Position numbers and translations under genes: made by a program
Notes under the pieces: model-generated
The model's input: the letters and a program-made list of their open reading frames with translations, nothing else
Database searches by the model: none
Told to the model about the DNA's origin: nothing
Shown here: piece by piece, positions 1 to 8,640 of the stretch
Layout of the letters: every line of letters starts with the position of its first letter
How positions within the stretch are numbered: position 1 is the stretch's first letter
Assembly: GCA_947053925.1 (NCBI GenBank)
Contig: CAMRUG010000002.1
Span: forward strand, 174,003-238,002
From: an uncultured Clostridia bacterium
GTDB taxonomy: Bacteria > Bacillota > Clostridia > Christensenellales > CAG-314
Direction of reading: 5' to 3'
DNA length: 64,000 bases

Positions 1-235
1 AGAAGAGGCAGAAGCAGGAACAGAAGAATTATAAAATCCTAAGCGAAAAATGCCGTTGTGAATCAACGGCATTTTTACTGCTGTTTTAATTGTGTACATT
101 TGCGTATCGGTAAAATTATTTTATAAAAAATAGCTATATTTATTATGTTAGTATTGACATATTGATTAAAAATGAGTAAAATATAAGTTAGTGAAATTAG
201 GTTTTCATTTTTAACATTATAAGGAGGACATAAAT

Positions 236-1843
236 ATGCTTAACGCATTGCAGTTCTTCTTTGCTTCGACCCCTTCTTGGGCTAATATTGTAATACCGAT
301 TATCGTAGGCATACTCTGTTTGGCAGGCGGTGGCGCGGTAGGCGTTTTACTATATAGAAGACATAGAAATAAAATAGTTGGCACGACGCAGCAACAAGCA
401 GATGCAATTTTGGATTTGGCAAAGGATGAAGCCAAATCGCTCAAAAGGGAAGCCATTCAAGAGGCAAGAGAAGAAACTCAAAAATTAAAAAACGAACAAG
501 AACGTCAGTTCAGAGAACGCAACAGCGAACTTGCTAAGCAAGAGAACAGGATGAATCAAAAAGAAGAGGCATTGGATAAAAAAGAAGAGTTGCTTCTTCA
601 CAAATTAGACAGAATAGACGTTCAGCAAAAAGAACTTATTAACCAACAAAACGAACTTAGCAAGCGCAAACAAGACCTTGATAAGTCCGAACAAAAGATA
701 CAGCAAGAATTAGAGCGCGTGGCGGGGCTGTCTAAGGAAGAAGCCAAACAAACTTTGGTGGAAGAAATGGTCGCCGACGCCCGCAAAGAAGCGGCTTCGT
801 TGGTACGCAAAATCGAAAGCGAAGCAAAGGCTAACGGAGAACAAAAAGCGCGCGAAATTATATCTACTGCAATTCAACGTTGCGCAAGCGACCAAGTCAG
901 TGAAACTACGGTTACAACAGTGCCGTTGCCTAACGATGAGATGAAAGGGCGTTTGATAGGGCGCGAAGGACGCAATATCCGCGCGTTGGAAAATGCTACA
1001 GGTGTAGAACTTATTATTGACGACACGCCGGAAGTTGTAATACTGTCCGGATTTGACCCTGTAAGACGTCAAATTGCTCGTATAACTATCGAAAAGTTAA
1101 TTACCGACGGGCGTATTCATCCTGCGCGTATAGAAGAAATGGTAGAAAAAGTTAAGCGCGATATGGATATAACTATCAAAGACGAAGGAGAAGCCGCGTC
1201 TTTTGATACGGGTGTGTTCGGATTGCATCCTGAAATTATAAAATTGCTCGGACGTCTTAAATACCGTACAAGTTACGGACAAAACGTATTAAGACATTCC
1301 GTTGAAGTAAGTTATATAGCAGGAATTATGGCTTCGGAACTGGGGTTAGACGTTGCACTTGCTAAGAGAGGCGCATTATTGCACGATATAGGTAAAGCTG
1401 TCGATCAGGAAATTGAAGGAACGCATATGCAAATAGGCGCAGACCTTGCAAAAAAATACAAGGAAAGCAAGGAAGTTGTAAATTGCATTGCATCCCATCA
1501 CGGCGACGTAGAGCCGATGACTGTAGAGGCCGTAATAGTTGCCGCGGCAGATGCTGTTAGCGGAGCCAGACCTGGTGCGAGGCGCGAATCGTTAGAAAAT
1601 TACGTTAAACGTCTGGAAAAACTTGAAGAAATTGCAAATTCATTTAAGGGAGTACAAAAGTCCTACGCAGTGCAGGCAGGACGTGAAATTCGCATCATTG
1701 TAAAACCGGAAGAAGTCAACGACGAAACAACGGTTTTGTTGGCAAATGACATTGCTCGTAAAATCGAAAGTGAGCTCGAATATCCGGGACAAATCAAAGT
1801 TAACGTTATTAGAGAAACTCGCAGCGTAGACTTTGCCAAGTAA
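236..1843 (+). CDS. rny: Ribonuclease Y (membrane-anchored endoribonuclease, KH + HD domains)
   Basis: 535-aa ORF with an N-terminal TM helix ([23 protein letters not shown]) and a long K/E/Q-rich coiled-coil segment. KH motif [15 protein letters not shown]; HD motifs LLHDIGKA and ASHHGD. AAGGAGG RBS upstream of the ATG. Confidence 0.95.
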   Translation: MLNALQFFFASTPSWANIVIPIIVGILCLAGGGAVGVLLYRRHRNKIVGTTQQQADAILDLAKDEAKSLKREAIQEAREETQKLKNEQERQFRERNSELAKQENRMNQKEEALDKKEELLLHKLDRIDVQQKELINQQNELSKRKQDLDKSEQKIQQELERVAGLSKEEAKQTLVEEMVADARKEAASLVRKIESEAKANGEQKAREIISTAIQRCASDQVSETTVTTVPLPNDEMKGRLIGREGRNIRALENATGVELIIDDTPEVVILSGFDPVRRQIARITIEKLITDGRIHPARIEEMVEKVKRDMDITIKDEGEAASFDTGVFGLHPEIIKLLGRLKYRTSYGQNVLRHSVEVSYIAGIMASELGLDVALAKRGALLHDIGKAVDQEIEGTHMQIGADLAKKYKESKEVVNCIASHHGDVEPMTVEAVIVAAADAVSGARPGARRESLENYVKRLEKLEEIANSFKGVQKSYAVQAGREIRIIVKPEEVNDETTVLLANDIARKIESELEYPGQIKVNVIRETRSVDFAK

Positions 1844-1865
1844 TTTATTTTTTTAACTAAAAAAG

Positions 1866-1896
1866 TCTCTTTGCTAATCGCAGAGAGATTTTTTTG
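1866..1896 (+). terminator. Rho-independent terminator after rny
   Basis: 9-bp stem TCTCTTTGC/GCAGAGAGA (one G-U pair) with loop TAATC, followed by a T7 run. Confidence 0.7.
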
Positions 1897-1990
1897 TTAC
1901 TAAATAATCATAACTAATTGACATTAGTTCTAAGTTACATTATAATATTAAGGCAAAGAGTTTGCAAGTATTTATAATTAAAGTTGATGT

Positions 1991-2065
1991 AGGGGAGTGG
2001 CTCAACGGTAGAGCAGCGGTCTCCAAAACCGCCGGTTGCGTGTTCGAATCGCGTCTCCCCTGCCA
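1991..2065 (+). tRNA. trnW: tRNA-Trp (anticodon CCA)
   Basis: 75-nt cloverleaf read by eye. Acceptor AGGGGAG/CTCCCCT; D arm GCTC-AACGGTA-GAGC; anticodon arm GCGGT-CTCCAAA-ACCGC; variable CGGTT; T arm GCGTG-TTCGAAT-CGCGT. Discriminator G and an encoded CCA. Confidence 0.93.
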
Positions 2066-2067
2066 GC

Positions 2068-2098
2068 AAGGATACACCGTTGTGTGTCCTTTTCTTTT
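2068..2098 (+). terminator. Terminator hairpin directly after tRNA-Trp
   Basis: 10-bp stem AAGGATACAC/GTGTGTCCTT (one U-G wobble) with loop CGTT, followed by TTCTTTT. It abuts the rnhA RBS. Confidence 0.65.
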
Positions 2099-2107
2099 AG
2101 GAGTAGA

Positions 2108-2599
2108 ATGAAAAAGGTAACTATTTATACAGACGGCGCTTGTTCGGGCAATCCGGGCATAGGCGGTTGGGGAGCAGTGCTTTTATATAACGGCGTACCT
2201 AAGCAAATCAGCGGCTACGATAAAAGTACAACAAATAACCGTATGGAATTATTTGCGGTTATTCAAGCATTGCGGTGTCTAAATCAGAGTTGCGAATGTG
2301 AAATTTACAGCGATTCGCAATATATTGTAGACGCGTTTAATAAAGACTGGATTACTGCTTGGCAGAATAACGGTTGGAAAACGTCTTCTAAAAGCGAAGT
2401 TAAAAATATAGATTTATGGCGCGCGCTTTTGTACGAAACGCAAAAACATAGCGTAAAATTTATAAAAGTTAAAGGACACGCAAATGTAGAGCATAACGAA
2501 ACATGCGATAAACTTGCGCGCGGAGAAGTTGAACGCTATCAGAAAATTTTAAAAGAATCGGGAACTTTGCCTTTGGAAAATGAAACAAAAAGCGAGTAA
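2108..2599 (+). CDS. rnhA: Ribonuclease HI
   Basis: Starts MKKVTIYTDGACSGNPGIGGWGAVL. Acidic RNase H catalytic positions are present (TDGAC, NNRMEL, SDSQY, ETCDKLA). TAGGAG RBS lies 5 nt upstream of the ATG at 2108. The track ORF start at 2036 runs through the tRNA and is not used. Confidence 0.9.
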   Translation: MKKVTIYTDGACSGNPGIGGWGAVLLYNGVPKQISGYDKSTTNNRMELFAVIQALRCLNQSCECEIYSDSQYIVDAFNKDWITAWQNNGWKTSSKSEVKNIDLWRALLYETQKHSVKFIKVKGHANVEHNETCDKLARGEVERYQKILKESGTLPLENETKSE

Positions 2600-3069
2600 A
2601 TGCGGAGGATGTTCCAAAACTCTAATATTTATTGATATAGCATATATTTAAGTATTAGAAATTCCTTATTAAAGATTTTGCTTTGGAATATTTAAAACTT
2701 TATTTGTAAACCAAATATGTCTTTTTAAAATTTTTGCAGTTGTCATAAGGAATTTTACAACAGAATACAAGTATAAGTTAATATCATAACGTGCGATGCG
2801 AGTAATGGAAGACTTGTTGATATTTTGTTCGTAATCAAGTTATCAGGACATAAATTGAAAAATTTTTTGTAATACAGCGAGACATAGATGATTTTCTATA
2901 CTTATGGAAATAAAAACAATAAATCAATTCTTTCCGGAAGGATTGTTTTAAGAATAAAATTGAATTATTAACTAACGTAATAGATTACATAACTGGACTT
3001 TTGCAAAATTTAAATGCAATTAGGCGGGGAGTTACACAATTGAATAATCGTCCGAAACTATCTTGCGAA

Positions 3070-3624
3070 ATGAATGTCGAAACTTTCAAACAGTTTTATT
3101 ATCTAAAAGAAGAACTTGTTTGCTTTTGCCGTGATAACGGGTTGCAAACGACAGGCAGTAAAGCGGAATTGACGGAGAGAATTGCTACATATCTAAATAC
3201 CGGGGAATGCACAACCGTGATAAAAAAGCGAAAAAGAAACTCCGTAATGCAGATAATCACGCCCGATACCGAAATTGAAAGCAATTTTGTGTGTTCCGAA
3301 AAGCACAGGGCTTTTTTCAAAGAACACATCGGCAATCAATTTACATTTATCGTTCCGTTTCAAAAATGGCTCAAAGCAAATGCAGGAAAGACATACCGTG
3401 AAGCAATACAAGCGTATTACGCAATAATCGAACATAAGAAAACTGATAAACTACCTATTGACAGTCAATTTGAATATAATACTTATATCCGAGAATTTTT
3501 TGCAGATAATAAGGGCAAATCGTTGCAAGACGCTATAAAGTGTTGGAATTATAAAAAAAGTTTGCAAGGGCATAACCGCTATGAAAAATCTGATTTGATA
3601 GCATTGAGTGATTGTAATTTATAG
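3070..3624 (+). CDS. SAP-domain protein (putative DNA-binding), function unknown
   Basis: The N-terminal segment FYYLKEELVCFCRDNGLQTTGSKAELTERIATYL looks like a SAP helix-extended-helix motif. The C-terminal ~130 aa are uncharacterised. The ATG at 3070 is preferred over the TTG at 3001. Confidence 0.6.
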   Translation: MNVETFKQFYYLKEELVCFCRDNGLQTTGSKAELTERIATYLNTGECTTVIKKRKRNSVMQIITPDTEIESNFVCSEKHRAFFKEHIGNQFTFIVPFQKWLKANAGKTYREAIQAYYAIIEHKKTDKLPIDSQFEYNTYIREFFADNKGKSLQDAIKCWNYKKSLQGHNRYEKSDLIALSDCNL

Positions 3625-3627
3625 GAT

Positions 3628-3704
3628 ATGATATCGGTACTTATATTTGCTATTTGAGACATTGACTTGTAACGCAAACTATACCGGTATCATCATTTTT
3701 TTTT
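3628..3704 (+). terminator. Possible terminator of the SAP-domain gene (long-loop hairpin + T9)
   Basis: ATGATATCGGTA pairs with TACCGGTATCAT (11/12) across a ~42-nt loop, followed by T9. Confidence 0.4.
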
Positions 3705-3844
3705 GTTGTAAAACTTTTTTTCGGCATTAAGACAATTTGAGAATTTTTATGTCGTTGTGAGTAAGTTTTTTTGTTGAACGCTTCGGTTTTTGTTTCTAAC
3801 CCTTGCAAGGAGTTGTTTCGCGCGCTTGCTAATGAAAGTAAGCA

Positions 3845-3879
3845 AAAAGAGAGAAGATTTCTAAAATCTTCTCTCTTTT
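3845..3879 (-). terminator. Bidirectional terminator downstream of the PadR-family gene
   Basis: Perfect 16-bp inverted repeat AAAAGAGAGAAGATTT / AAATCTTCTCTCTTTT with a 3-nt loop. U-rich tails are present on both strands. Confidence 0.75.
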
Positions 3880-3915
3880 GTCTTTATTTAACTCCGTTGT
3901 GCGGTAAATTACCTT

Positions 3916-5277
3916 TTAGTATCTTTTGTAAAATAGATTGAATATTACTATTGAGCAGGGGAGCAATATTGCAATTCCAGTTGGAATGAGTATTTGCTTG
4001 GAAACTGCTACAAAATCTGAAAATTCAATATTGCCCAGTGCGCTGAAACCTACCGATGAAAGAATGATTACCACGCTGACAGCAGCTGCAACAATAATAG
4101 TAATTCTAAAATTGAATGTTGGTTTGTCTTTTCTGGTGGGATCCACAATAGCGTTTATAGAAAATGCTATTGGCACAAGTAGCAAAACTCCCAATGAAAT
4201 TAGGAATGGTGCCCAGTTTTTTAAAGTGATTGACGTTAACGCAAGTATACCGAAGTATAAAAATGCAATTGCGTAAGTTATCCAAGCAGTTTGACACAAT
4301 ACTCTAGAAAGCGGAATGAGCATTTTTGACTTGTAAACGGCAGTGGCGTGATTGTAAATACGCACGCGTATTCCTTCCTTTGCTAAACTGTCTGCAACAT
4401 CCTCTAATGCCAAAGCGTGCCCTTCATAATAAGTGTTACCTCTGTCCGCGTCATCGTCTGCCGATAACTGTTGCGCTTCATCCAATTGATTGCCCAAAAC
4501 TCCCATAATGACGTGCTGGTAATTTTCGCCTTCGGTGTTTGATTCTGCGGGTTCGCGTTCCGAAACTTCTCGTGCGCGTTCTTCAAAACTCTGCAAAAAT
4601 TCTTCGGCATTATCTTGGTTGACGTCAAAGCGCGATTTGTCAACGTTTTCTTCAAATGTTGTAACGGTTTGTGAATACGTTTCAGGTGTAAGCGTTTCTG
4701 AAACCGTTTCCGTTTCGATGACTTCTTCATTGCTTGACGGCGCAGATTGCTCGTAGACAGGCGTTTCTTCGTTAATACTGTCGTTGCTAGTATCCGAAGT
4801 ATTGTCTCCCATAAGTTCATTTAAGCGTCTGGCAATTTCATCTTGTTCGTCTAACGCGGATTTGAATTCATTGCTCTTTTTGTCTTTGCGCGCAGATCTG
4901 CGTCCAAAGAGCGGGGTTGCTTGTTCTTGGGTTATTTCTTCTCCTTCGGCTGTACCGTCTACAAGATCACTTAAAACCGAACGCTGATATTGCCATTCGG
5001 AAATAAACTGTTCACAATTTGTTTTTCCTGTTTTAGTTAATTTGTAATAACGTCTACGTCCGCCGTTAGAGTTTTCTCCCCAATACGAAACAATTAAATC
5101 GTCTTCTTCTAAGCGTTTTAGATACGAATAAAGAGTCGGTTGTTTGATTTCGTATCGGCCGTCGGTGCGTTCTTTGATCTCTTTTGCGATTTCGTAGCCG
5201 TATTTATCATTATTGTAAAGAGAACAAAGAATGATTGTTTCTATATTTCCCTTTAAGAATGTAAAATCCCCGCTCAT
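3916..5277 (-). CDS. PadR-family winged-helix regulator fused to an acidic linker and a C-terminal multi-pass membrane domain
   Basis: The N-terminus YGYEIAKEIKERTDGRYEIKQPTLYSYLKRLEEDDLIVSYWGENSNGGRRRYYKLTKTG is a typical PadR wHTH. About 200 aa of D/E/S/T-rich linker follow. The C-terminal ~140 aa contain about 4 hydrophobic helices. Confidence 0.8.
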   Translation of the reverse strand: MSGDFTFLKGNIETIILCSLYNNDKYGYEIAKEIKERTDGRYEIKQPTLYSYLKRLEEDDLIVSYWGENSNGGRRRYYKLTKTGKTNCEQFISEWQYQRSVLSDLVDGTAEGEEITQEQATPLFGRRSARKDKKSNEFKSALDEQDEIARRLNELMGDNTSDTSNDSINEETPVYEQSAPSSNEEVIETETVSETLTPETYSQTVTTFEENVDKSRFDVNQDNAEEFLQSFEERAREVSEREPAESNTEGENYQHVIMGVLGNQLDEAQQLSADDDADRGNTYYEGHALALEDVADSLAKEGIRVRIYNHATAVYKSKMLIPLSRVLCQTAWITYAIAFLYFGILALTSITLKNWAPFLISLGVLLLVPIAFSINAIVDPTRKDKPTFNFRITIIVAAAVSVVIILSSVGFSALGNIEFSDFVAVSKQILIPTGIAILLPCSIVIFNLFYKRY

Positions 5278-5434
5278 ATTTTATGTCTCCTTGTCAGTAA
5301 TTGTAGAATATTAGTAGTATTTTGTCAATAAGTTAGGATACTATTTTTGACATAGTATATAAAATATCGTAAAAACGACAAGTTTTTTATCAATAAGACA
5401 AAAATAAATTTAGTTTTTAAGTTATCATTTGTAT

Positions 5435-6172
5435 ATGAAAGTAATTGTAACCAGAACACTCAAGAATATTGTAAAAATTAAGTATGATAACGGAGTATTG
5501 AAAGTTGTTGCAAATTGTTTTCTTTCGCAGGCCAAATTGAAGCGCATTATTGCGGAAAATTCCGAATGGGTAGCATCGAAAAAACAAGCAGAAAAGAACA
5601 ATTTAAACATAGTTTTAAAAGAAGAAAAAACCGCTGCAAAAAGTAATAATGTATTATTTGACAGTGTGTTGGATAGCGAAATAATTAAAAGAATATTTGC
5701 AGGTAAAACAACTATGATTCTTGGGGATATCGTAAATATCGAAGAAAGTATGTATAGTAAAACTTATTTGGACGGCAATACGTTGTATATTTCTGAAAAA
5801 GTTTTTAAGAATAAACAAGATCGCATTAAAGCCGTAAAAGCTTACTTGCGCAAAGTTGCGGCTTTATATTTGGCTAGTGAAATATCAGAGTTCGGTTCAA
5901 ATGTATCATTATGTCCGTCAAAAATACAGTTTAAGGAACTAGACGGTGTGTGGTTAAACTGTGCGGATGCAGGTCAAAAAGTATTGACGATAGATTACAG
6001 GGTAACTCAACTGCCGCAAGAATTGCGTCGATATATTATTGCGCACGCATTTGCGCATTTCCGAAATGCTGTGCACGATGAGAAATTTGAAAATTACTTA
6101 TCTAATATTATGCCTAGATATAAAGACACCGAAAGAAAATTGGAAAAATACGCATTTTTTAAGGACGTTTGA
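5435..6172 (+). CDS. YgjP/DUF45-like (M48-related) protein with degenerate zinc motif
   Basis: The C-terminal block RRYIIAHAFAHFRNAVHDEKFENYLSNIMPRY matches the YgjP-type pattern (..vHElaHl...nHs..Fw..v...P.y), but HExxH is replaced by HAFAH. The ATG at 5435 is preferred over the TTG at 5429. Confidence 0.5.
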   Translation: MKVIVTRTLKNIVKIKYDNGVLKVVANCFLSQAKLKRIIAENSEWVASKKQAEKNNLNIVLKEEKTAAKSNNVLFDSVLDSEIIKRIFAGKTTMILGDIVNIEESMYSKTYLDGNTLYISEKVFKNKQDRIKAVKAYLRKVAALYLASEISEFGSNVSLCPSKIQFKELDGVWLNCADAGQKVLTIDYRVTQLPQELRRYIIAHAFAHFRNAVHDEKFENYLSNIMPRYKDTERKLEKYAFFKDV

Positions 6173-6511
6173 TTTTTTATTAAAGTAGCGTAACTTACTT
6201 ATATAAAAAATTAAGTAATACTACAGTAAAGTTCTAAGTGTCATTTTGTATTGCCTAAGCTGAAATTATTTAAAGCGTTTATGTGCAAATTTTCCTTACT
6301 GATAATGATATTCTTGCGTAAAGGTGAATTATAAAATGAACTTCAAATTATTTATAGCAGACAGCTAATGGTTGAAATTTTTTATAGTTAAATTGAATAT
6401 CTCAGAGCTAATGAGATGAAAACAATTATTGTTTGTAATAAAAAGCATTGCAAGTATATCTGATGTTAAAAACTTTCGTCGAATCAAATAAGTAACTAAT
6501 AACAATTATAA

Positions 6512-6558
6512 AATAATCTAAATAAAAGACTGGGCTCGGTAGCGTCGAACTCAGTCTT
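6512..6558 (-). terminator. Probable lexA terminator
   Basis: On the minus strand, a 9-bp stem AAGACUGAG/CCCAGUCUU is followed by a U-rich tract (UUUAUUUAGAUUAUUUU). It lies about 80 nt after the lexA stop. Confidence 0.5.
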
Positions 6559-6632
6559 GTAGAGATTTTAAGCTTGTATTTTTGATTTTTATTCTTAATT
6601 CGTAAAAAATGTATTATATATATAATATATTT

Positions 6633-7235
6633 TTAAAACTTTTTGATACAGCCTATGACTTTTCCTAAGATAGTGGGGTTTTCATCGTAGTTTATTTCTA
6701 TATCGGACATTTCTTCGTTTTCGGGATGAAGAATAAGTTTGGGAGCCGTTGCTTTCAAGCGTTTTACGGTAGCCCGATCTTGCCATAAGGCAACCACAAT
6801 CTCGTTAATTTCTGCGGTATTTTGTGAATGTACGACGACTATGTCTCCGTCGTTTATTCCGACGTTAATCATGCTTGTACCTTCAACTCGAAGCATAAAC
6901 AAATCGTTTCCGCCAAAAATATCTTGCGGTAACGGAAATTCCCCCTCGACATTTTCGACAGCCAAAATTCCTGCTCCTGCGCTGACATTACCTACTAACG
7001 GAATGTAATTTGATTTTGAACGTGTTTTGTTCAATGTAACGGCGCGCTTTCTGTTTGCATCTTGACTGATAAGCCCTAAGTTTACCAGTTTCTCGAGATA
7101 ATAGTGCACTGTAGACGTAGATTTGATCGAAAATTCCTTTGCTATTTCTCGGATTGACGGCGGAAAGCCGTTGTTATCAATGAAAGCCGTTATATATTCG
7201 TATATTTCTTGAACTCTTTTGTCGCCTTTTTTCAT
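6633..7235 (-). CDS. lexA: LexA repressor (SOS regulator, S24 autopeptidase)
   Basis: N-terminal wHTH (GFPPSIREIAKEFSIKSTSTVHYYLEKLVNLGLI). Cleavage-site region VSAGAG. Catalytic Ser (VEGTSM) and Lys (ATVKRL). Confidence 0.95.
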   Translation of the reverse strand: MKKGDKRVQEIYEYITAFIDNNGFPPSIREIAKEFSIKSTSTVHYYLEKLVNLGLISQDANRKRAVTLNKTRSKSNYIPLVGNVSAGAGILAVENVEGEFPLPQDIFGGNDLFMLRVEGTSMINVGINDGDIVVVHSQNTAEINEIVVALWQDRATVKRLKATAPKLILHPENEEMSDIEINYDENPTILGKVIGCIKKF

Positions 7236-7280
7236 AAGAATAGTGTAACATATTTTACTTATAATTGCAATACAAAATCA

Positions 7281-7292
7281 AAACTTTTGTTC
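7281..7292 (-). promoter_or_regulatory. Candidate LexA (SOS) box upstream of lexA
   Basis: The minus strand reads GAACAAAAGTTT, of the GAAC-N4-GTT(C/T) type used by Firmicute LexA. It lies 46-57 nt upstream of the lexA ATG, next to a possible TTGCAA-N17-TACACT promoter. Confidence 0.5.
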
Positions 7293-7386
7293 TAAAATTA
7301 TCGTTTAAAATTCTGAAATTTATATAAGTAAGTCGAAAAACAGACAATCATAGCATACTATTACAGTAATAATATATTTTGTGTCG

Positions 7387-8640
7387 CTAAAAAACAATAT
7401 AATCTGCAAATAAATTGATGTATTTGCGCGATAGCGTAGCGTTAATAGTTGCTCCGTCCTCGGAATATACTACGTCGAAATGTGCATTATATTTATTTAA
7501 CAAGGCAATTATTTTTGCCGTTGAATCGTGCTTCACACTAAGTTTTACATTGGTATAACAGGAAAGTACGCTTCGACTTATTGTATCTAATAATACATCG
7601 ATGTTTTTCCCGCTAAGAGCTGATACAAACAGTCCTGTTGTTTTAGTATCGTTTAGTATATCGGACAGCGCTTCCGTGCCTTTAAGTTTATCGCATTTAT
7701 TGTATACCCGTATTATGGGTGCGGCGGCATTCAACTCCATCAACGTGTTTTCAGTAACGGATATATGATTGGAGACATTTGCGTCAGAAATATCGCAGAC
7801 ATTTAAAATCAAGTCTGCTCGCACAGTTTCTTCCAATGTGGATTTAAACGCATTTAAAAGTGTGTGAGGTAAATCGTTGATAAATCCGACAGTATCGCAT
7901 AGTAAAACTTCGATACCGCAAGGTAACGGCAATTTTCTAACGGTAGTGTCAAGTGTAGCAAACAACTTGTCATCGGCGTAGATTTTTGAATCTGTAAGAC
8001 GGTTAAATAAAGTAGATTTGCCGGCGTTAGTATATCCTACAAGTGCGACGGTAAATATTCCGTTGTCGGTACGCTTTTTGCGCGAAGTGTCTCTGTGTCG
8101 CTCAATTTCTGCAAGTTCTTGTTTGAGGCGGTGGATTTTATTTCGGGCGGTACGTTTGTTTGTTTCTATTTTGGTTTCGCCCGGTCCGCGTGTGCCTATT
8201 CCTGCGCCCTGTCTCGAAAAGTCTCCGTCAGGTTTTGTCGCCAAATTATAAGAAATTTGCGCCAATTCCACCTGTTTTTTACCTTCGGCTGAGGTTGCAC
8301 GGAGTGCAAATATATCCAAAATAAGATCGATACGGTCTATAATGTCGCAATTCAATTCTTTCCGCAGTAGCGAACGTTGCGTGGAGCTTAAGTTGCAGGA
8401 AAAAATGATGACTTCCGGCTTCTCGTCTAATAATTCTATAGCATTTTTAATTTCTTCTAATTTTCCTTTTCCCACAACGGTTTTAGGGTCAACGAATTCA
8501 CGCTTTTGAGAGCATTTTAATACAATTTTGCCTTGTGCGGTAGCAATCAATTCTTCTAATTCGTACAAATCCTGTTCTGGGTTAGAATTTGGAAATTCAA
8601 CATAGACCAAAACGACATCTTCTATTATAATTTTACTCAT
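7387..8640 (-). CDS. hflX: GTPase HflX
   Basis: HflX N-terminal domain plus G domain: G1 GYTNAGKSTLFN, G3 DTVGF, G4 NKCD. The start MSKIIIEDV at 8640 overlaps the upstream gene stop by 8 nt. The longer track ORF (to 8736) is rejected. Confidence 0.93.
   Translation of the reverse strand: MSKIIIEDVVLVYVEFPNSNPEQDLYELEELIATAQGKIVLKCSQKREFVDPKTVVGKGKLEEIKNAIELLDEKPEVIIFSCNLSSTQRSLLRKELNCDIIDRIDLILDIFALRATSAEGKKQVELAQISYNLATKPDGDFSRQGAGIGTRGPGETKIETNKRTARNKIHRLKQELAEIERHRDTSRKKRTDNGIFTVALVGYTNAGKSTLFNRLTDSKIYADDKLFATLDTTVRKLPLPCGIEVLLCDTVGFINDLPHTLLNAFKSTLEETVRADLILNVCDISDANVSNHISVTENTLMELNAAAPIIRVYNKCDKLKGTEALSDILNDTKTTGLFVSALSGKNIDVLLDTISRSVLSCYTNVKLSVKHDSTAKIIALLNKYNAHFDVVYSEDGATINATLSRKYINLFADYIVF

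Noticed and set aside
2036-2107. N-terminal extension of the rnhA track ORF (start at 2036).
   Set aside because: It overlaps the 3' half of tRNA-Trp and its terminator. A proper RBS and ATG exist at 2108, and the RNase H fold begins there.
6590-6640. TA-repeat sequence (GTATTATATATATAATATAT) considered as a dif-like Xer site.
   Set aside because: It lacks the conserved outer arms of Firmicute dif (ACTTCCTAGAA / TTATGTAAACT). It is plain AT-rich sequence next to the lexA stop.
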